From contig JAYUQG010000019.1 in NCBI GenBank assembly GCA_043756865.1, positions 101,467 through 165,466 on the forward strand: DNA of 64,000 bases. The letters run 5' to 3'. Made by a program: the position numbers and the translations under genes. The notes beneath the pieces were generated by a model that was not told the origin of the DNA, ran no database searches, and worked only from the letters and a program-made list of their open reading frames with translations. Position 1 is the first letter of the stretch. Each line of letters begins with the position of its first letter. Below, one piece after another: positions 18,119 to 25,233 of this stretch. Source of the DNA: a bacterium (GTDB taxonomy: Bacteria > Patescibacteriota > Minisyncoccia > Phycocordibacterales > UBA6899).

Positions 18119-18880
18119 ATGTCTTCTCAAAACGAAACTGCAGACACTTTTCGCTTGCTGAAATTAATGCTTAGCGTGCTCACCGTTGTGCTGCTTCTCT
18201 TTATTATTTTCATCTGGAATTCACCTAAACAGACAGCACAAACAGAGCTGGTGGCACCCAGTATCGCAACAAGTACAGTTGACACTTCTGTGCCGGCCAC
18301 CACCACCACCACCACCACCTTGCGAGACCCAGAGCTAATAATTGTTGCATTTGGGGACAGTATTACTGCGGGTTACGGCCTCGCTATTTCTGAAGCGTAT
18401 CCGCAAATTTTACAGAGTAAGCTGCGTGCAGAAAAGAAAAATGTAACTGTGGTCAATGCGGGAGTAACTGGTGAAACAAGTGCCGGTGGACTAAGGCGTG
18501 CAGAGTTCATTGTGGCACAAAAGCCCGATATTGTTATCCTCGCACTTGGTGGAAACGATGTATTGCGCGGCATACCACCTGCTTCGGTGAAAGAAAACCT
18601 TGGCGGGATAATCACCATCTTTCAGCAAGCAAATATCCGTGTCATCTTGGCGGGGATGAGAGCCCCCACTAATTTGGGGCCAACCTATGTTGCTGAGTTC
18701 GATGCAATTTACCCCGCACTTGCGCGCAAGCACTCTCTTGCTCTCGTTCCTTTTCTTCTTCAGAATGTTGCACTTGTGCCAAATATGAACCAACCCGATG
18801 GAATACACCCAAATAGTCTTGGTGTAAAAATTATCGTTGAGCAGAATATTTTGCCCGTACTACTACCGCTCCTCGACTAG
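18119..18880 (+). CDS. SGNH/GDSL-family esterase (TesA / lysophospholipase L1-like) with an N-terminal TM or signal segment
   Basis: IIVAFGDSITAGYGL (GDS block). ILALGGNDVLRG (block III). DGIHPN (block V). Divergent from the ybbA/ybbP-like pair. Confidence 0.85.
   Translation: MSSQNETADTFRLLKLMLSVLTVVLLLFIIFIWNSPKQTAQTELVAPSIATSTVDTSVPATTTTTTTLRDPELIIVAFGDSITAGYGLAISEAYPQILQSKLRAEKKNVTVVNAGVTGETSAGGLRRAEFIVAQKPDIVILALGGNDVLRGIPPASVKENLGGIITIFQQANIRVILAGMRAPTNLGPTYVAEFDAIYPALARKHSLALVPFLLQNVALVPNMNQPDGIHPNSLGVKIIVEQNILPVLLPLLD
18296..18320 (+). repeat. (CCA)n trinucleotide microsatellite of about 8 units inside the tesA-like CDS, encoding a poly-Thr run
   Basis: gccaccaccaccaccaccaccaccttg, translated ATTTTTTTL. 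Confidence 0.8.
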
Positions 18881-18903
18881 TGGCGCGCAACGGGAGATAC
18901 GCT

Positions 18904-20322
18904 CTAAACTGTTTGTATGACCAGCGCATTGGTGCCTCCTCTCCGGTCGAAGGGGATGCCAGCGACCAGCAGAAATACGTCGCCTTTTTGTGCGAGTTTT
19001 GCGCGCACGAGTTCTCTCCGCGCCAATGTAAGCGCGTCGGTGATGTTGTGTACACTTTTTGTCATACTTGCTGAAATCCCGTAGGTGAGTGCGAGCTGAC
19101 GATGTGTCTCTGCAATATGCGTTAGCGCCAATATCGGAGCACTGGGTTTGTGTCGCGACACCATGCGCGGAGTGAACCCCGATTCTGTCAGTGCGACGAT
19201 GGCCACTGCGCCTGAAGTTAGTATACTCTGTGCTACCGCTGAGGATACCGTGTCGACAACACCAATCGCCGCTCCTCGGTGCCGAACTACCTCATCCCGA
19301 TAAAGCTGACTTTGTTCCGTGTGGAGCGCAATGGAGGCCATTGTGGCAACCACATGCACAGGGTCAACCCCGATTGAGGTCTCCTGAGAAAGCATCACCG
19401 CGTCTGTGCCGTCGAAGATTGCATTTGCAACATCGTTAATTTCCGCGCGTGTGGGTGTGGATTCAGTAGTCATGGAATCGAGCATCTGTGTTGCGGTAAT
19501 TACCGTCTTTCCCGCGACGTTAGCTGCGCGGATGATACGCTTCTGAGCGAGCGGCACATCAGCGCGGTCTATCTCGACTGCCAAGTCACCCCGCGCAACC
19601 ATGACTCCTCGAGCAGCATGAATAATTTCTTCGATACGGTCCATTGCACCGCTTGTTTCAATTTTTGCAATAATCCCAGCACTGGACTTTTTCTCGATGA
19701 GTATATTGCGGAGCTTAAGTACATCCCTTTCGTGTCGCACAAACGAGAGTGCGAAAAAATCGACTCCTTGTGCTACACCGAAGTTAATATCCCGCATATC
19801 TTTTGCGCTGATTGCAGAAATGGAAAGCTTGGCGCTCGGAACATTCACCCCGCGTCGGCCACGTATCGTGCCACCAATTTCCACTCGGGTTTCGATTTCA
19901 GTACCGCGCACACGCTCTACGCAGAGCGACAGCTTGCCGTCATCCAGCAGCAAGTGCATGCCCTTACTGACTTCGCGGGGGAGTGCTTTGTAGTTCACGC
20001 TTACCATCCGTGTGTCACCGCGCATTTGTTTTGTTGTGAGTGTAAACAGCTGCCCCTTCTTGAGCGTAACCATTTCTTCAGTAAAATCGCCTATACGGAT
20101 TTTTGGGCCACTCAAGTCCAGCAATATCGCAACGTTGGCATGTTCCTTTTTTGCAGCGCTGCGCACTTCTTGTATCTGTGCAAGGTATTCTCCTTGTGTT
20201 CCATGCGAGCAGTTAATACGCGCGACATTCATTCCCGCCTTTATCATTTTGCGCATTGTAGACTCAGTCATTGTTGCAGGACCCAGCGTTGCAACAATCT
20301 TTGTTTTCTTTTGATAATTCAT
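18904..20322 (-). CDS. pyk: Pyruvate kinase
   Basis: KTKIVATLGPAT...MNVARINCSHG...LLDLSGPKIRIG...MVARGDLAVEI. Confidence 0.92.
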   Translation of the reverse strand: MNYQKKTKIVATLGPATMTESTMRKMIKAGMNVARINCSHGTQGEYLAQIQEVRSAAKKEHANVAILLDLSGPKIRIGDFTEEMVTLKKGQLFTLTTKQMRGDTRMVSVNYKALPREVSKGMHLLLDDGKLSLCVERVRGTEIETRVEIGGTIRGRRGVNVPSAKLSISAISAKDMRDINFGVAQGVDFFALSFVRHERDVLKLRNILIEKKSSAGIIAKIETSGAMDRIEEIIHAARGVMVARGDLAVEIDRADVPLAQKRIIRAANVAGKTVITATQMLDSMTTESTPTRAEINDVANAIFDGTDAVMLSQETSIGVDPVHVVATMASIALHTEQSQLYRDEVVRHRGAAIGVVDTVSSAVAQSILTSGAVAIVALTESGFTPRMVSRHKPSAPILALTHIAETHRQLALTYGISASMTKSVHNITDALTLARRELVRAKLAQKGDVFLLVAGIPFDRRGGTNALVIQTV

Positions 20323-20344
20323 CCAGCCATCATACTTTTTTATA

Positions 20345-20392
20345 TTGAATTTTCAATCGCTCATTATGCGCAATTGTACACAATCGCATAAT
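20345..20392. promoter_or_regulatory. Two palindromes in the pyk upstream region (candidate operator sites)
   Basis: attgaa tt ttcaat is a perfect 6-bp inverted repeat. attatgcg caattgtacacaat cgcataat has perfect 8-bp arms with a 14-bp spacer. The right arm overlaps a CATAAT box when read on the pyk strand. Confidence 0.35.
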
Positions 20393-21096
20393 TCGCCTCT
20401 TGACGAGTAATCTGATTGCTATGTGTAATATTTTTTTACTAAACAGGGGTTATTTGTTTTCAATGCACAGAAAAGGAGTAGGCCGAGGAAAGACAGTAGC
20501 GTTCTTACACAACCAAGGAGTTGGGCATGATTCCAATCATGCTGGATCCCAAGGGATACCCTCGGCCGATGCTTGTGTGCAGCGGTGGTATATCACTGAA
20601 TGGGGAGTGGCGCTTCGCGTTCAACAATATTGGCTGCGTTCCAATCCGCGTCGTTCAATGACACCGACAATCGGGTCAGAGTTTTCGAATTCTGTGCTGA
20701 TGATTCCTTCATGCACACCATTTCCTTGGTCAGGTCAACGCGTCCTCTCGAGTAGTTCCCTAAAGAGGGAATTGCGTGCAAGTGCGTAATACCCAACTCA
20801 AGTTTTTTTGCGGCTTTATCTATTTCACTTTTGGTTAACAAGGAGCGCATACCTAAGTCAAAATGTGCGCTTATTTTTTGAAACCGCAACGAATAACAAC
20901 ACGTTTTCTGTATGTCGCAATCATGTGGAGAGGATATATTCTATTAAACACATTGCGTCCATCGTAAGTGAGTACAATGTCTGTAATAATTTCCATTGCT
21001 AAACGGCATAAGTACTAATGGGCTCTAGGCACGCCGTATTATCTCGGAGCAGTGTAGGTGCACACGAGGTGCACAACGTGTTAAATTAAAGAAATC

Positions 21097-21885
21097 ATGA
21101 AACAAACACAAATTTACATCATACTTGGAATACTTGCACTGTTATTTATCGGACTTTTCTTGGCCATCCCAAAAGAGCCTGAACTCTCAGAGCCAAACAT
21201 AGCTGCGTGTACTAAGGAGGCGAAAATTTGTCCTGACGGTAGTGCAGTAGGACGCACGGGCACCATCTGCGCATTTGCAACGTGCCCATCATTGGCAGCT
21301 ACATCCACCCCCGATATGCCAAAAGTTGTTGCGTACGGTGACGTGATGCTGTTCGCAGGGGAGACTGCCAACTTTCCCGACGTCGCACTTACGCTACTGC
21401 GCGTAACCGAAGACAGTCGCTGTGCTACTGATGTCACTTGTATTTGGGCAGGTACACTGAAAGCAGAGTTTCAACTTGTCACCCCCCAAATGAAAAGCAC
21501 CTCTACGATTGAGCTCAACAAATCCATTACTGTAGGAGGGTTTGTAGTCTCACTTACTGGTGTAGCTCCCTATCCAAAATCTTTAACTCAAATTACCCCC
21601 GACGCTTATCGCCTCACGATGAAAGTAGAAAAGGTGGGCAGCACAAATCCAAAACCAACAGCGACATCTACTGCCCCGAAACCTACTCAAGCAGGATGTT
21701 ATGTAGGGGGTTGCTCGGGAGAAATTTGTTCCGACAAACCAGACATTGTTTCCACCTGCATGTATCGAGAAGAATACGCATGTTACCGTAGCGCCACCTG
21801 TGCGCGTCAGACTAGCGGTGCATGTGGCTGGACTGAAACTCCTGCCCTCAAGGCGTGCCTCATGAATCCGACACAAGCGCAATAA
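21097..21885 (+). CDS. Secreted or TM-anchored cysteine-rich protein with a C-terminal 8-Cys module
   Basis: N-terminal hydrophobic helix. N-proximal motif CTKEAKICPDGSAVGRTGTICAFATCPS. C-terminus GCYVGGCSGEICSDKPDIVSTCMYREEYACYRSATCARQTSGACGWTETPALKACL. Paralog of 50867..51268, with identical Cys spacing. Confidence 0.6.
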   Translation: MKQTQIYIILGILALLFIGLFLAIPKEPELSEPNIAACTKEAKICPDGSAVGRTGTICAFATCPSLAATSTPDMPKVVAYGDVMLFAGETANFPDVALTLLRVTEDSRCATDVTCIWAGTLKAEFQLVTPQMKSTSTIELNKSITVGGFVVSLTGVAPYPKSLTQITPDAYRLTMKVEKVGSTNPKPTATSTAPKPTQAGCYVGGCSGEICSDKPDIVSTCMYREEYACYRSATCARQTSGACGWTETPALKACLMNPTQAQ

Positions 21886-22069
21886 ATATTTTTTAGCGTG
21901 TTTTCAGAGCGAATACGCCAGAAAAAACACGCCGATGTGGGCGTGGTTGATAAATAAGTTGTAAGAAGGTGGTGAAGTGACCACTGGCCTAGGATGGGGC
22001 TTTCAATATAGGCGAGCATTCCATGTGCGCACAAGTCATTGAGATGTGCAGCCTCTAATTTACTAAAAA

Positions 22070-22675
22070 TTACTTTTTTCCAAACAATTTACGGAAACCC
22101 TTGAGTATTGGTCCAGCATCATTCATTTTTGTTTTCGCATCTTGGGCTGCCAAACTGGCAGTATGTCTCGCGTTGCGGTACTGGTTTACTGCTGTGGCTA
22201 GTTTTTGCGCATCACCGCTCTCAATAGCTGACGCAATTTCGGGCGTATCATACTCTCCCGTCTTACCAATCTCATCAACCATTTGCCGCACAATTCCAGG
22301 GCGTGCTTCATCGGTGCTGTACATGAGGTCACCATATAAATTTCCGACTTTTGCATCAGCGTTACGTTTTGACGCGCTTACCTCCTCTTCAGTTGGTGGG
22401 ATCTCAGATGCTGCTTCGAAATTGCTTAATATCGCTGATTTAAGGTCCCCTTCAAGCTCTGCCACTTCTTGCGCATGAGACACTTCCGCGGCTACTGCGG
22501 AATCATTCGCTTCGGCGATATTTGCTTCCATGGCGGCAGCAGCTTCTGCTTCGCCTTCCGCATTCACGTCGGCGGGAGAGGTCTCTCCGTCTTCGCCCAA
22601 CTTTTCTGTTTCTGGATTCATAAATATAATTGTAACCATAAAAGCATTTTTCGCAAGCATTTTAAAGTGCCACAT
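22070..22675 (-). CDS. Acidic Ala/Glu-rich hypothetical protein
   Basis: RBS gaggacacATG at 22675. Low-complexity acidic middle region and basic C-terminus (ILKGFRKLFGKK). Confidence 0.5.
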   Translation of the reverse strand: MWHFKMLAKNAFMVTIIFMNPETEKLGEDGETSPADVNAEGEAEAAAAMEANIAEANDSAVAAEVSHAQEVAELEGDLKSAILSNFEAASEIPPTEEEVSASKRNADAKVGNLYGDLMYSTDEARPGIVRQMVDEIGKTGEYDTPEIASAIESGDAQKLATAVNQYRNARHTASLAAQDAKTKMNDAGPILKGFRKLFGKK

Positions 22676-22729
22676 GTGTCCTCAATTCGACTGCTTGATA
22701 CTCGTCATTCGATACTCTATACTCACCCT

Positions 22730-23827
22730 ATGTCATTATCTGTAGGTATCGTGGGACTTCCCAACGTGGGGAAATCGACTCTCTTTAAAGCGCTTACGAA
22801 AAAGGCTGTGCTTATTGCGAATTACCCATTTGCAACAATCGACCCATCAGTCGGAGTCGTTGAGGTGCCCGATGAGCGCCTGAAGACGCTCAGCGATTTT
22901 TCGCATTCTAAGAAAACGGTTCCCGCCATTGTGGAATTCGTCGACATCGCGGGGCTCGTAAAGGGTGCGTCAGAAGGTGAAGGTCTCGGAAATAAATTCC
23001 TCGCAAATATCCGCGAAACTGATGCAATTGGCGAAGTGGTGCGTATTTTTGACGACTCTGACATCATCCATGTCGATGGCAAAATCGACCCACTTTCTGA
23101 CGTAATTACCATCAACCTCGAACTCACTATCGCCGACCTTCAAACCGTAGAAAAACGGACTGACTCGATAGTGCGCGATGTAAAGCGGGGCGACAAGGAC
23201 GCAGCGAAAGAACACGCAGTCTTGGTGAAGCTACTCGCTGTACTAGAAAAGGGTGAAATGGCAAGCCGTGCAGTACTCGATGCAGAAGAACGCATGGTCG
23301 CAAAAAGCTTGAATCTCATGACCATCAAGCCAATTCTCTATATCCTAAACAAAAAAGCTGGAGCGAAAAATCTCGATGAAATAAATGACGAGCGTTATCA
23401 AAAACTTATTGCCTACTTCAAGGAGAATGGTGACCAGTATGTTATTGTCGATGCAAAAATCGAAGAAGAGTTAAGTGAGTTTGAGGGGGATGAAAAGAAA
23501 ATGTTTGCCAAAGAACTCGGTGCAAAAGGAGACGGTATAGACGACCTTATTGTTGCGGCATACAAACTTCTCGGACTTATGACCTACTTCACGACAGGCG
23601 AAGACGAGACACGGGCATGGACAATCAAAGTCGGATCAACTGCACCCGTTGCAGGTATGGCCATTCATACTGATTTCAAAGAAAAGTTTATCCGTGCAGA
23701 AGTGGTCAACTGGAAGGCACTCCTCGAGGCTGGTTCTTACGGAGCGGCACGCGAAAAAGGCCTCGTGAAGACAGAAGGGAAGGAATATATCGTCAAAGAG
23801 GGGGATGTCATCGAGTTTAAGATATAA
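22730..23827 (+). CDS. ychF: Ribosome-binding ATPase YchF (Obg-family GTPase)
   Basis: MSLSVGIVGLPNVGKSTLFKALT...FATIDP...EFVDIAGLVKGASEGEGLGNKFLANIRETDAI...TYFTTGEDETRAWTI...DFKEKFIRAEV. The start is moved from the track's upstream M to the conserved N-terminus at 22730. Confidence 0.92.
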   Translation: MSLSVGIVGLPNVGKSTLFKALTKKAVLIANYPFATIDPSVGVVEVPDERLKTLSDFSHSKKTVPAIVEFVDIAGLVKGASEGEGLGNKFLANIRETDAIGEVVRIFDDSDIIHVDGKIDPLSDVITINLELTIADLQTVEKRTDSIVRDVKRGDKDAAKEHAVLVKLLAVLEKGEMASRAVLDAEERMVAKSLNLMTIKPILYILNKKAGAKNLDEINDERYQKLIAYFKENGDQYVIVDAKIEEELSEFEGDEKKMFAKELGAKGDGIDDLIVAAYKLLGLMTYFTTGEDETRAWTIKVGSTAPVAGMAIHTDFKEKFIRAEVVNWKALLEAGSYGAAREKGLVKTEGKEYIVKEGDVIEFKI

Positions 23828-23867
23828 GGTGTCTAAAAATAAACCCCGCGTATTTGCGAGGTGAGAA

Positions 23868-24104
23868 TTAGCCTTGGTTGCGAGCTCTACTTTCTTTGGG
23901 CGGCTTCTGTCTTCCCGCAATGCGCTTTGCCCAGTCGGCGAATTCACGAGCGCTGGTGTTCTGCGCGTTAGTGCTTGCGCCTTCTGCAAAGACCACTTGG
24001 ACGGGGTGCCCCTGCGCGTTTTGAGACAAACTGACGATGGTTCGCGTCGTGTTCTTCTTGTGACCCTCATACGATTTGCCTGTTTCGAGTTCAGTTACCT
24101 TCAT
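23868..24104 (-). CDS. Small hypothetical protein (78 aa) with a basic C-terminus
   Basis: ATG at 24104 preceded by gaaaggtagaac. No TM segment. No recognisable domain. Confidence 0.4.
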   Translation of the reverse strand: MKVTELETGKSYEGHKKNTTRTIVSLSQNAQGHPVQVVFAEGASTNAQNTSAREFADWAKRIAGRQKPPKESRARNQG

Positions 24105-24176
24105 GTTCTACCTTTCAGTGAATACCAGTTTGCTACGATAACTCAAAAATGTTTTCTGCACAAGGTTAAGTAAGTA

Positions 24177-24286
24177 TGGTGGCTCAATCAATACCCGCGC
24201 GAAGCGCCTGCATTGGCGCGCAGTGCAGGAAAGTAAGTCTTCGAGCGACAAATGCCAAATAGTGGGGCTTTTTGTTTGTTTATACT
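24177..24286 (+). ncRNA. Conserved intergenic element, copy B, homologous to 5096..5210
   Basis: tggtggctcaatcaataCCCGCGCGAAGCGCCTgcattggcgcgcagtgcaggaaAGTAAGTCTTCGAGCGACAAatgccaaatagtGGGGCTTTTTGTttgtttatac. Lies between two small minus-strand genes, so its functional strand is unresolved. Confidence 0.3.
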
Positions 24287-24318
24287 TTTTATCCTGCAAA
24301 TTCACGTACAAAGAAGTT

Positions 24319-24347
24319 CAGCCCACGAAACCTTGGTTTCGTGGGCT
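24319..24347. terminator. Strong hairpin. Likely terminator of the minus-strand 35-codon ORF or 3' end of element B.
   Basis: cagcccacgaaacc ttgg ggtttcgtgggctg: 12-14-bp perfect stem. On the minus strand it is followed by the U-rich tract aacttctttg. Confidence 0.55.
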
Positions 24348-24366
24348 GTATTGTCGGGGGAGATGT

Positions 24367-24474
24367 TCACTCGCCCCGCAGGTGTTCGTCAGCGTTGCCG
24401 AAGACGATGCGGCCGATGCCCATAAAGCAGAGCAAGAGGGCGGTCATGAAGAAATCCTCGATTACTTTGGTCAT
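24367..24474 (-). CDS. Small hydrophobic peptide of 35 aa, below the ORF-track length cutoff
   Basis: MTKVIEDFFMTALLLCFMGIGRIVFGNADEHLRGE. Strong SD gaaggagctgaaATG with 6-nt spacing. Its own near-consensus promoter lies upstream and the hairpin lies downstream. Confidence 0.5.
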   Translation of the reverse strand: MTKVIEDFFMTALLLCFMGIGRIVFGNADEHLRGE

Positions 24475-24511
24475 TTCAGCTCCTTCGGGTTGATGAACGA
24501 ATTACGTTTTT

Positions 24512-24558
24512 ATTATAGCATGTTCACAACTTATTGTAAATAGCTTCATTATTTACAA
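24512..24558 (-). promoter_or_regulatory. Sigma70-type promoter on the minus strand (TTACAA, 16-nt spacer, extended TGCTATAAT) with a perfect 9-bp inverted repeat overlapping the -35
   Basis: Plus-strand ttgtaaata gcttcat tatttacaa at 24534-24558. The minus-strand reading is ttacaa-N16-tgctataat at 24539..24512. Drives the 35-codon ORF. Confidence 0.5.
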
Positions 24559-24573
24559 TTGTTGATAAAAGAA

Positions 24574-24600
24574 AAAGCCCCAAGGGGCATTTGTTTTTGA
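24574..24600. terminator. Terminator-like hairpin with a T-run
   Basis: aaaaagcccc aa ggggcatttgttttt. Confidence 0.45.
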
Positions 24601-24608
24601 GAGAAGGG

Positions 24609-24818
24609 TCAGTCTTGTCGTAAGTCGTACCAGAACCAGATCGACACGATGACTGCCGAAATTCCTGAGAGGTACAGGTACCACCGAAATTCGGTCCAGA
24701 GTATGTACACCGCACTCCCAGCGAGTGCGAGCGTGCACATGAGCACCATGAGGCTTGTCAGCAACTCTACATACGGGTTGTGGCGGATCCATTCCGCCAA
24801 ATCATCTTTGCGGGACAT
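24609..24818 (-). CDS. Small membrane protein of 69 aa with two predicted TM helices
   Basis: LTSLMVLMCTLALAGSAVYILW and LYLSGISAVIVSIWFWY. RBS aggggtgtgccATG. Confidence 0.5.
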   Translation of the reverse strand: MSRKDDLAEWIRHNPYVELLTSLMVLMCTLALAGSAVYILWTEFRWYLYLSGISAVIVSIWFWYDLRQD

Positions 24819-24827
24819 GGCACACCC

Positions 24828-25025
24828 CTAGTTGTACGGCGTGTAATTGGGGTCGGACATCGCCCGCTTCGCGATGTTCTCGGCGTGATCGTCGAGCGTA
24901 CCGCCATGATCGGAATGCGTGTCCTTCTCTGGGAGCACCGGCGGCTTCCTGAAGTGGAAGTAGGCTGCCCCCGCAAGTAGGGCAATGAGTGCAATCATTC
25001 CCCACATGATGTAATGCGCGTTCAT
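24828..25025 (-). CDS. Small membrane protein of 65 aa with one TM helix
   Basis: MNAHYIMWGMIALIALLAGAAYFHF. RBS ggagaaaacATG. Tandem with the preceding small gene, with a 9-nt gap. Confidence 0.5.
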   Translation of the reverse strand: MNAHYIMWGMIALIALLAGAAYFHFRKPPVLPEKDTHSDHGGTLDDHAENIAKRAMSDPNYTPYN

Positions 25026-25233
25026 GTTTTCTCCAGTCTAAATGTTAGGTACTCGCCAAAAGTCGAAGCGGCGCTTCGCCTTGACAACTCTGAAATCTTG
25101 ATGAGTTCTATCATGTTTCATTCATGTTGTAAATAAGTACAGAGTTCAGCATGCACGTACCCGACACCAACAACTGAGATACTGCCCACACTATTGCGAA
25201 TCAAAGGTGAATTGGCATATTATGAGTAGCTAA

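Noticed and set aside
18127-18318. Minus-strand ORF with a poly-Val N-terminus (MVVVVVVAG)
   Set aside because: Antisense reading of the (CCA)n microsatellite inside the tesA-like CDS.
19618-20391. 257-aa plus-strand ORF, plus 19697..19993 and 20012..20314
   Set aside because: These lie entirely antisense to pyruvate kinase, which has unambiguous conserved motifs.
20470-20560. RNase P-like GAGGAAAG motif and flanking ggccgagg/cctcggcc helix
   Set aside because: Lacks the GGAAAGUCCGG P4 sequence and the ACAGAACCCGGCUUA 3' strand, so it is not RNase P RNA.
24755-25005. Cluster of overlapping Arg/Pro-rich ORFs on both strands
   Set aside because: Alternative frames of the two small TM-protein genes (24609..24818 and 24828..25025), which have RBSs and hydrophobic helices.
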